Source of the DNA: Bilabrum cf. latius
Taxonomy: Eukaryota
Direction: 5' to 3'
Length of the DNA stretch: 64,000 bases
Assembly (NCBI GenBank): GCA_965178125.1
Contig: OZ237767.1
Coordinates: forward strand, 62,001 to 126,000
In this document: one piece after another, positions 25,840 to 36,510 of the stretch
How the letters are laid out: each line of letters starts with the position of its first letter
Numbering within the stretch: the stretch's first letter is position 1
Position numbers and translations under genes: made by a program
Notes under the pieces: generated by a model
Databases searched by the model: none
Told to the model about the DNA's origin: nothing
Seen by the model: only the letters and a program-made list of their open reading frames with translations

Positions 25840-27239
25840 TATAGGTGTGGTAGTGGCGCTTGAATGATACTCGAAATTAGGAAATCAGTGTGGTCAAAGT
25901 TAAAGCACACACAACCCTTCTCGCTGCACCGGACGTGCATGCTCGCCTCTCTGAAGGATCGTGAGACGCAGAGACGGTCATGGAGGAGGAAATGGTGGGT
26001 CCCGACCGGGGACCCCGATGTGGGACTGGACCGCGCCTTGTGCCGGGCACACGCTCCGCACCTGTATGCTTTCTCCTTGTGAAGGCAACAGGCTGGGGGC
26101 CTGTGGGGGACCACACTGATGGCGAAGAATGGGAACTCGGCGGCATAGGCTGAGAACGGGGGGCCTTTGGCCTGAAAGGGTCGAGGGTCTTGTAGTCCTT
26201 GCTTTAGGGCTCCTCTGGATCTTGGTGATCACCCAAACCCCTTCGGGGGCGACGGTGCATCTGGGTGCTTACGGAATCTTTACCCGACAATGTATTTGTG
26301 TATTTCCGGACCTAATGCTTAGCTGAGTCGACAAGTCGTGTGGCATAATTGAGGTGAGGGGAAAAGGGAGGTTTGGAATGGAGGGGAATGTGAACAAGAT
26401 GTATGGGGTGAATCCGGAGGAAGCAAGAGGGACAGACAGGAAGGCATCTCGGAAGGGGGCGTTCGGAGATCATGATTGACGCGACGGGGAACAGAGATGA
26501 GCCAGAAGAATAGGCGGGCACAGGCGGAGAGGAGGTGAAGATGAAGAAGAGGGCCTGCCTGACATTGGTCTCGTCTCACTTCATACGGGTATACTGTGGG
26601 CAACTACTAAGGGTTCCAAATTTTTGATTGGGGGAATAGAAGAGGGTACAGTCTTCCCGTTCAGACATCGTCATTGGAAGAATAGGCAGTCGCAGATAAG
26701 TTGGTTGCATCGCTACAACGACATGCGACTAGAGAGCAAGGTGGGACATTCTGAATATTGTTGCCTGCACCTACTCGGTCCCAATTTGCAATAATACGAA
26801 GGCATAATAATTCTCTGTTCAACCTGTCCGTTGGTATTTGCTGAGAAAGACGGCGATGGGGACGGAATAAGCTGGCCCGCACCGGTCTAAGGCTGCCGGC
26901 CTCGGCAGCAGCCGAACACCATATTGATGCTACTCGGACGGCAGGAGGGCCCGTCCGTTGTCCTCTCGCCATTCTGACTCACACTTAGAACTTAGCTTCC
27001 GCCTGCTTAAAAGCCAAGGCTACGCCCACCACCCTGGTCAAGTGGTCCTTGCTCATGTAGTACACGGCGTTTTCCAACTGACATCGTGACTTCCATGAAA
27101 GCTTCTTTTACAGACTCAACCACCCAAATACAACCAGACATGGCATCGAACACAGAGCCGTCGCCATGTGCCTGAATCCACCGATGGATTTGTCCACCAG
27201 CGGAGACACACAACGAATTCTCCGGGCCCGGGCGGGTGG

Positions 27240-29101
27240 GAAAAGAATTCAAGACGATCTGTCAGTCCTGAGCTCTTCCACCCCGAATGGAGGCGATTGA
27301 CTGGAGAAATGCCAACCTCCACTCTTCGTGGCCTGCCTCTTCCGTTAATCAGATTACGATGTCTAACGCTACAATTCCTCTTCCCACCTACGGACAAGGT
27401 GTTGCGGCGTTCTCCTTCTTCGCAGAGCCATCCTCATCGCACAGACGCTTATCATCTCATTTGACGTCAACAACGAATCAGACTCTGTCTCCTTAATACC
27501 AGACTTCCAGTCGGCTTGCTTGCACAGGTCCTCCACTGACATACCCCCTACGGCGGCGAATGTTGCGCCCGTTCGTCTGCACGAGTGCGTGGTGAAGAAC
27601 TCCGTGACCTCTCTCAGACCCGTGCAGTACTCTTCCATCCTCCTCCGGATAGCTGTCGTCCAGCTTGTCGTCTGCCAACGCTTTGTCCTCTTGGCGTCTG
27701 GATTCATGGTATTCAGGAGACAGAGTCTGATTCGTTGTTGGCGTCAAATGAGATGATAAGCGTCTGTGCGATGAGAATGGCTCTGCGAAGAAGGAGAACG
27801 CGGTAACACCTTGTCCGTAGGAGACTACAAATCGTAAGGTGCTAAAGTTGCAGCAGCCGCCGCCCAGAATTTGTACTTGGGCGATTTTTCGCTCGTCTTA
27901 GCGCATCCATAATTAATAACCAGAATAATTTGTAGGGTAAAGAAACCACACAAAGTAATGTGCAACCACGAATGGCTGCAGATGTACTACCAACCCAAGG
28001 ACCAGACGAGGCTGATCGCAGGACAGGTGCCGGTGGGAGGCAACGCGCCCAGCGAGAAGGTCTGCAAACACCTGAAGTACCCGGAGAGGTACATTTTCCG
28101 AGACTTCGTCGTTCTACACACCGGGAAACTTGGTACCGGCGCATGGAAGGTCTTAGAGGAACTGGCGAGGATCAGGCGAGAGCGTGTTGGGCCAGAACAG
28201 AGCAAGAGCGTGGACGCACAGGTCAGGACGTGGGCCAGGCGCATCACGATGAGTTTGGCAACGACACGGGCGAAGTACATGAACGACTATTACAAACATG
28301 TTCAGCTGGTTACTACGCGCCGTGCCATTGCCGAGGAGGAGAAGAAGAGGGAGGACGCAGAGAGAGCGGAACAGCAACAGGAAGCAGCAGCAATGGCAGC
28401 GGCAGGTGAGGCGGCAGAGGCCGCAGCACTCGCAGCAGTCGTTGAACAGACCGAAGCTGAAGCCGACCAGCAGCAGGGAGAACTGCCGGTCGCACTCAAC
28501 CTGCAGGGCGGAGCCCGGGGAGGAGCAGTCGCAGCTGCTGACCCTGGCGAAGCACCTCCTCAAGGGATCGAGCCCGAGGATCCAGGAGCTCCAGCTGCAG
28601 CACAACCCCACCACGGCGGGGTATAGGTGCTTCTGGATCATCCTGAGTGAACTCGGGAGTCTCGATGAGTGCCACAGAGATTAAGAGTTGGACGAGGGTC
28701 CGGTGCGAAATCTCGAAGGTGATGATGATGATTGAATGTAACGATACGACTTTTCACGAATGGCTGTCACGTCACACCCCCAGGGTGGGCCCATCAAAGA
28801 TGACCTCAGAGAACAACGCGATCAAAAGACCCGCAGCTCCCCCCCTAGAGCAAAGGCCAAAGCCTCAAGAGAAAGAAAATGAAAGAAAGAAGAACCCCTC
28901 GTCCCGAAGAGGATTTCCAAACCATCATAGTGCTACACATACCGAGACCGTAGGTGGGAAGAGGAATTGTAGCGTTGGACATCGTAATCTGATTAACGGA
29001 AGAGGCAGGCCACGAAGAGTGGAGGTTGGCATTTCTCCAGTCAATCGCCTCCATTCGGGGTGGAAGAGCTCAGGACTGACAGATCGTCTTGAATTCTTTT
29101 T
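27240..29101. mobile_element. Fold-back structure: inverted arms of about 260 bp around a tyrosine-recombinase fragment, with the right arm split by an insertion
   Basis: 27387-27501 is the reverse complement of 27707-27821, and 27240-27393 is the reverse complement of 28948-29101. Between the arms, the minus strand encodes FTTHSCRRTGATFAAVGGMSVEDLCKQADWKS (HxxR..W motif of tyrosine recombinases). Confidence 0.8.
27822..28947 (+). mobile_element. Truncated RLE-like retroelement insertion with a 7-bp target-site duplication
   Basis: CCGTAGG directly repeated at 27815-27821 and 28948-28954. The ORF 27958-28650 (KHLKYPERYIFRDFVVLHTGKLG) reads through a TAG to a TGA. Confidence 0.7.
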
Positions 29102-29369
29102 GTTATGGTCCAATGGCTTCGGGTGCAGGTGCAGATATGGCCCACCCGGCGTCGCGCTCAGGCGTGATGGCCCGGCTCTAGCAGTTCTGGCGTGGCATAT
29201 TCACGACGTTGGCCTTGAAAGAACTTGGTCCGACAGGGTCAACTGTTCGTTCGCGAACGTTCAGCTAACTAGTTTGTAAGGCGATATTTCATGATTATAG
29301 AATTACAGTTTTCTGTTGCGACCTTGATGATCATTGACCAACAGGCAGCAAACACAACTGAGCATTGCC

Positions 29370-32300
29370 ATGAAGTACCCAACTCCGATGATTCTGGCTA
29401 CTTTGTGTGTGGCAACTGCTGTAGCCACTAGCGATGGGGCTCGCCACAATCGCCAATTGAACAAGCTCACGCGGATTGAAAGCAAGCAGATGACCAAAAT
29501 GATCCACGCTGATGCGGGCTCAACAACCTAGAGTGGGCTTGATGGTTTTCGATTCGATGAGTATCGCAATGTTAGATTCGATGCCATGGAGATTGCTATT
29601 ACATCAGAAGGTGTAGTCCTATCTGGCCCCGTTTCCTTCATTGGCGGACGAGACGCAAAATGCGTCATCAGCGCTATTACAACATCCGCGAATGACGTTT
29701 ATAGAGCTGCTACTATACTACTATAGACAGTTAAGCGCCTGGATCAGGCAACTGGTGCAGTGGGACTGGCCTCGTCGACACAATCTTCTCAAATTACCAC
29801 AGCACCCGGTAAGTCCTACTTGAATAGTAATTGTCAAAACTGGCACCAACACTCACCCCACTATGTAACGTCAGATACAAATAAGGATAACTTGAATTGA
29901 GGCATAACTCTCACCTTGAAATTTGCTCGCAGGCACTCAAAGTGCGACCGTACTTGGCGCAGCTCGACGAGCCGTGCAAGAAGGCCACCCTGACCATGAT
30001 GCCACAATGATTGTGGTCGAGGCCATCAACCAGTGCATTCAATCCAGATCTCATGCCGCGCTTCAAGTTGGACCAGCAGATCCGATGGCTATGCATGGTG
30101 CCCCCGGCCCGACAGGGACCAGCACTCTCGCAGCGCGAGCAGCCGGTCCTTCGAGTCGCAGCGTCGATGAGGAGTCGAGTGGCAAGGGTCCTATGGCCGC
30201 TGCAGGATCTGTAGACCCTGTATCCCGCGGTGATGCTCCCTCTTACAGCCCCACTGAAGGAGCAGGTGGCCAAGGTGGATCTGCAGGGCCGCAGAGTCAA
30301 TCTTTCTACCGGCCTGGTTTCTCGGATGCAGTGGGAACAGGGCGGCCGGGTGAGGACCAGGACAAAGGTGCATCTCATGGATCTGGCACACAGCATGCTA
30401 GCAGGGGCATGTCCGTGGACTGGACTGGTCCTGACATCCGGATCGACGAAGCGCGCCGTGATGGGTCTCCTGGTTCCGGTTCTTCTGGTGAGACGAGACA
30501 GAGCAGTACGTCGCTTGGATCTGGCGCCCACACCGTTTCGCTACAACCCGGTCATGGTCAACCTCCGAGCGTACCAGGAGGCGACCCACCAGCTGTGCAT
30601 GCGAGTCATGGTGCGTCAGGGGGGACAAGCAGGGCGGACATGGTTTCACAGGGCCAACCGGGTTACGGCGATGCGGCTGACCATCTCCAAGCTGCGGCAT
30701 AGCAAGTAGACCAATGGCAACACTAGTACCAGCCTCAGCAAGGCACCCCTCCTGCTCCGGGTGCGAATGTACCCCCAAATGCGCCCCCACCTACCGAATG
30801 GGACTCGACACCGGCATCACAAATGACGCGGCGTACCATTGGGGCAGCGCTCGCAGACGCGGGCCAAGCGGCTCGGAACGGTCGAGTCGACAGGTCGACC
30901 TCGCCAGACCTGCGCCAATGGGGCACAGCCACTTGGCTTGATGAAGATAACAAGGCACCTGATCTCAAGGAATGGTCTTCGCTTGTACCCCAGGAAAGCA
31001 CCGAATCTTCATTCGAGAATCTTGCAGATGCACCTGACGCCGTGCAGGACCTCCAGCACGCGCTTGACGGGTCTGATACGAGCTCTGAGGACTCACAGGA
31101 GAGCGTGCACTCAGACCATGCAGGTGATTCGCATTCAGGCGAGCGGCTCAAATCTGGGCGTGGAGCCGGAGAGGTAGATGCGATGGACTAAAGCTCTCAA
31201 AGAGCTCCTCAGACGGATGGGTCTGCACCTGCGACCCTGCACCCGGTTGTCCTGAGAGGAAATAGCGTCCCAAATCAGGCCACCGCAGCTGAGCAGCGTG
31301 CATCCGGTCAACACTCACCAGACTGGGGTAGTGCACCGGACCTGAACCTGGGCATGGGCATGGGCATGCCAGGTCTTCCTGGGCTCAACTCCGAGAAGGA
31401 GGAGGAGGAGGAGGAGGACTCATCTGAGGCCATGCAAGATTAGAGCTCCGCGTCAACAGGGCCTATTCCAGGAGGCAGCATCTAGCAAGAAGCCAACCAA
31501 GGCCCACTGCAAGCACAGCCTGTGCTGGGATCATCGCGCATGGGGGTGCTTACACCAAGCAACCTCTGGCGCCAGGACGAATCAAGCGGCAGTGGTCACG
31601 GTTGGCTCGTGCAGACCCAATCACGGAGGCGGCGTCCTAGCGATACCAACTCTCCTCCTGAGGGCGAAGCTCAAGACGAGCACGAAGGATCCGGACTACA
31701 CCAGACCCAGGCCCCCTCAAGCTCACATCGTGATGGTGAAGCTCAAGACGAGCACGAAGGATCCGGACCAGACCAGACCCAGACCCACTCCCGCTCCCAT
31801 CGTGATGGCGAAGCTCAAGACGAGCACGAAGGATCCGGACCAGACCAGACCCAGACCCACTCCCGCTCCCATCGTGATGGTGAAGCTCAAGACGAGCACG
31901 AAGGATCCGGACTACACCAGACCCAGGCCCCCTCAAGCTCACATCGTGATGGTGAAGCTCAAGACGAGCACGAAGGATCTGGCCCCGGCCAGGCCCCCTC
32001 AAGCTCCCATCGTGATGGCGAAGCTCAAGACGAGCACGAAGGATCCGGACTACACCAGACCCAGGCCCCCTCAAGCTCCCATCGTGATGGTGAAGCTCAA
32101 GACGAGTACGAAGGATCCGGACTACACCAGACCCAGGCCCCCTCAAGCTCCCATCGTGATGGTGAAGCTCAAGACGAGCACGAAGGATCTGGCCCCGGCC
32201 AGGCCCCCTCAAGCTCCCATCGTGATGGTGAATCTCAAGACGAGCACGAAGGATCTGGCCCCGGCCAGGCCCCCTCAAGCTCCCATCGTGATGGTGAATC

Positions 32301-32646
32301 TCAAGACGAGCACGAAGGATCCGGACCAGACCAGACCCAGGCCCCCTCAAGCTCCCATCGTGATGGTGAAGCTCAAGACGAGCACGAAGGATCTGGCCCC
32401 GGCCAGGCCCCCTCAAGCTCCCATCGTGATGGTGAATCTCAAGACGAGCACGAAGGATCTGGCCCCGGCCAGGCCCCCTCAAGCTCCCATCGTGATGGTG
32501 AAGCTCAAGACGAGCACGAAGGATCCGGACTACACCAGACCCAGGCCCCCTCAAGCTCCCATCGTGATGGAGAACAGCATGGTCGCATGAAGCCTCGTTG
32601 CCTGGCAGTAGTCCTGCTATCTATCGACCACCAGCTGTGTTGTTAA
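29370..32646 (+). CDS. Secreted His/acidic repeat protein (family C, copy 2)
   Basis: Signal peptide, the same first intron as copy 1 (29809-29932), TAGs in a Gln-rich context (AAA*QVDQWQH*YQPQQG) and a probable 39-nt intron near 31174-31212. The 3' end is altered by a deletion of about 1 kb relative to copy 1. Confidence 0.65.
31660..32570 (+). repeat. Coding tandem array of about 13 units of 66 or 72 nt
   Basis: HRDGEAQDEHEGSGLHQTQAPSSS and HRDGEAQDEHEGSGPGQAPSSS units. Confidence 0.95.
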
Positions 32647-33348
32647 CCCAAGCACTTCATACTCGCAGGTTAAAGGCCTGCTATTCAGCCAGCTGTGTCG
32701 CGGCTCGGTGTCGATTGGGGCAGTTTTGTGAGGGCCATTTGGTGGTATTAGGGCCTATGACCATTTATGCTAGTTTTACGATTCAGCTGACATCAAGGTT
32801 TCCGAAAGTTCATAAACACGTTTTAGACAGAGTACTCGATGATAGTCTATAAGTTGCGAGTCAACTTGCGACCAGGGTGCCGGATCTGGCCCAAAGATCA
32901 TCTGGGATCCGGATTCCGGATCCATTCACCGAGGCTTTCCAGATCTCACCTGAGATGAGGCAGGGGATGAGAGGAGCTCAAGGGTAGTTGCGCGCTTGTG
33001 GTGTCCATCAGCACATTGGTGGAACCAGACGCTGGAGCTAGCTTGGAAAAAAATAAAAAATAGGATGCGTACACGCAGCATCCGGATCAACACATAAGTA
33101 TCTGGATTATGCACCCGTTTCACCGGGCGAAACTATCGTTGGATACGATAGGGATTCAAAACCAACACGCAAAAACAAAATAAAAAACGGCCACCTCCCA
33201 GCGCCGCTGTTTGGAGTAAGTAACCGCTACTGGAAGGGTCTCCATGGTGAATTGAAGTAGGCAAAAGTGCAGCACCTGCTCGGCACCGTTCATGAATCGC
33301 AAACCCTTATGTCACGCACAAATCAGCGCTGATCGCTCGACTTGGACC

Positions 33349-33790
33349 TTACCCTTGGAACGAGTCCATCATCTCGCCGACATCTTGCTGCCCCCCTTGG
33401 AGCCCAGATTTCCTCGCAACTGCCAGCACCCCGTCGTCCGATGGGCTGTCCGAGACTGGCACGGACACCTTGGTCACCACCGTGGTGTTTGTTCCCCGGG
33501 GAATAGTGGCAGGGTCAAGCTGTGCCACCACCCGCACGACGATCGGCCCCCCAGAGGGGCAAGGGACCCCTGTTCCCTGGCCCGCGATGAGCGTCCTGGC
33601 CCCCGAGTCCACGTCGATCTGCTTGGATAGCGCGCGGTTGGGGGTCGTACAGTCGGCCGTGACCTGCACCAGCACCCTCGCCAGCCCGCCGTAGGTCCCG
33701 CAGGACTCGCTGCCCGGCTGACACTTGCAGGCCGGGTCTCCGCTGCCGACGCCCAGCACGCGCCCGGGCCCCGACTCGATCGTGGCGCTG
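33349..33790 (-). pseudogene. 3' stub of the GH2 gene (third copy)
   Basis: Matches the last 440 nt or so of the GH2 CDS; homology breaks at ...cgtggcgctga near 33790. Confidence 0.85.
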
Positions 33791-34728
33791 AGAAAAGGCT
33801 ACAGAATCAGAGCCAGAGACCCAAGCAGCAGCAAGTGTATCAACACCAACGGCTATCAACACGTTCACCGGCGAGGAGGATCCCGACCAATCGCGGTCTT
33901 CGCACACTAACCCTCCAGCGGGCCAGGTAAAACTGGAGGAGTGCACAACCACCACAAATCTAGGCTACGCCGAGATCGACAATATCAAGGCCCGGAGAGG
34001 GGCCAGTGGCAGTTGGGCTGCCGCTGCAGGAGAGCCACTGGAAGCTGATGCGGATGGGTACATCAAGGGGGCGGAGGGCGCTGCTTGGGGCAGGTCTCCA
34101 GAAGGCGAGTCAGACCAGCAGAACGGGGATGGGGCAGGAAGGTCGGGGCGTCCTACCCGCATGGCCCGATAGAGACGGGAATGGGGAAATGGGTGCAATG
34201 GACTGGTGGAGTCCGCACTCAATGGTCATCACGACACCTCCTGCACAGCAGATGGTGCCCATGACTCGGCTAAACTATTAATCTCTACGAGCCGAGTTCA
34301 TGGAGCTGTCGTCTTGCCTGTGTTGGAGAACGCGCGAGGCTTCCGGCGGATGTAAAACTGGTAACAGCTTGCACAGAGCCGGAATCGGAAAGGAGCTGGC
34401 ATACCGATGGTCGAAAAGCCCTACTCTGGGTATCGAGCCCGAGGCTTCAGGTGTTTCAGTTGCGCCACAGCCTCACCACCTGATGACGATGGCAGACCAC
34501 CACTCTCACCTGTACTTTCAAACTCCACTACAACAGCCGAGTCGGCTTGAATCAGTCTATTCTGCAGAAACGAAGCAGGCATTCAGCTTGCTTTGCGCCA
34601 CCATCTTGGCTTCAGTAGCAACTACAGTTGTATCAAGCCGGACCATTGGACAGCTCTAGGCGATCCCTCTCACATGAGAAAGCGACACGTGGGCTATGCA
34701 TCACAACATCAATCGATCGATGCCCGTA

Positions 34729-36048
34729 TCACACCTCTGGCAGATCCTCGCACATCATCAGAGGATCCTCACGAATCTCCCCCAGCACACCCACCGCATC
34801 CCCAACAGCCACCTCCCAGCAGCCCCTCCCACCGCCATCCCGCCGCTTCAGGTACCAGTCCGCATCCCGCACGCCGTGCGCCAGTGCCAGCACGCACTCC
34901 CCGTGACCTCTAGCACACGCAGCTGTCAGCGCGTTCCAGCCCGCCCCATCCACGGCTTCGTGCCCGCCAGCTAGCCTGCCCAGCCTCAGGCGCTTGGCCA
35001 GCTCCATGGGCCTGCCCTCGCTGGCCATCTGCATCACCAAGCCTGCATCCCTATGCGCGTCATGGGCGTGTCTCCAGTGCAGCATGTGTCTCATCCTGCG
35101 CCGGAACGGGTTGTAGTACTGCACGCCCCATAGCTCTCGAGGGTCCACATCGCGGAAGAGCGCTTCGAGCAGCTTGGGAGGGTCGTAGCCATGCTCTTCG
35201 AGCGCCTTGGTCATGACTGGAATGAATGTGCATGGCTGCTGGTGCCTCTTAGCCATCATGCGAGGGACCCAGGGAAGCTGCTCGAGCAGCAGCGACATGT
35301 GGGTGCGATTCTTGAATTCATGCCACTGTCTGAGGATGATGCCGGAGTGAAGAATGGCTGCAGTTCGCCTTGAGCTCGCCCACGGGTCATTATCGAACGT
35401 ATATTTGAAACCTGACTCAATGAATGCGTAATGTATGTAGCTGCTGCTCTGCTTTTCCTGCGCAACAGGAACTCAATTTGGACACCGACACGCATACGAC
35501 TCCTTCGCGACCGCAGTCCAGTACTTAGGCATCATTCCATACTTACAGAATACATCATGAAATACTTTCTTCTGAAAAATAGCATGAGCTCGAAGGACTC
35601 CTGCTGTCCGCGAGTGAATTCGAACAAGTCAGGCATATATCCATTCCATTCCTTCTCGACTCGTCCATGATCTTCACCGTAATCTTGGCATGCCTTCATG
35701 TACGCCTTCTAGCTCTCTATGAGGTGCTGTTTGTTGCACGCAAGCTCGAGCAACTCAGCAGGTGCAGCCCACACCTGCTCGGCCATCTCGAGATTATACT
35801 AGTATTGGTCGCCACGAACGCTCTGCGCGGTCTGCAGGCAGTCTCAATCACGATAATAGTGGTTGTTTGCATTGTACATAATGCAAACTTTCCGTTGAAA
35901 AACTCACCGAATCTTGCAGTAGAAGCCGGCTTGCCGGTCGGCAGCAAACGGTTAGCAACTCAATGGACTGAGGCAATTTGTGGGCATCCCTACCGCTAGC
36001 CTCTACAATGTTTGATATGAAAGAACACCTTCTGGCAAACGGATTCAT
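34729..36048 (-). CDS. Family B copy 3
   Basis: Paralog of 8063-9383 and 24521-25839; TGA stop. Confidence 0.55.
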
Positions 36049-36510
36049 TTCAGTGTGGTAGTGGCACTTGCATGATCCGGATACTCGAGAAATCAGTGTG
36101 GTCAAAGCACACGCAATTATGGTTTATTCTCGGAAGCAATGCTCGGCTGACTCACTGAGCCTTTCACCGGAGCTCAAAGACTGTTGTGCGCTTGTGGTGT
36201 GCATCAGCACATTGGTGGAACTAGACGCCGGAGCACCAACACATTAAGTATCCTGGGTCTGTGCACCCATTTCACCTGGCGAAACTATCGCTGGATTCGA
36301 TCACTGATGGCATGATCAGATTCAGTATCGGATGCCAGCCAAGTTACCAACAAGCAAAAACAAAACAAAAAACGGCCACCTCCCAGCGCCGCTGTTTGGA
36401 GTAAGTAACCGCTACTGTAGGGTCTCCATGGTGAATTGAAGTAGGCAAAAGTACAGCACCTGCTCGGTACCGTTCATGAATCGCAAACCCTTATGTCACG
36501 CACTTGGACC

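Noticed and set aside
34415-34480. tRNA-like A/B-box sequence on the minus strand (possible suppressor tRNA)
   Set aside because: Box spacing is too short and no acceptor or anticodon stem can be formed; I found no tRNA-Gln(CUA) in this window.
33790-34480. Possible coding fragment between the GH2 stub and family B copy 3
   Set aside because: There is an open low-complexity stretch on the plus strand but no start, motif or homolog in the window; left unassigned.
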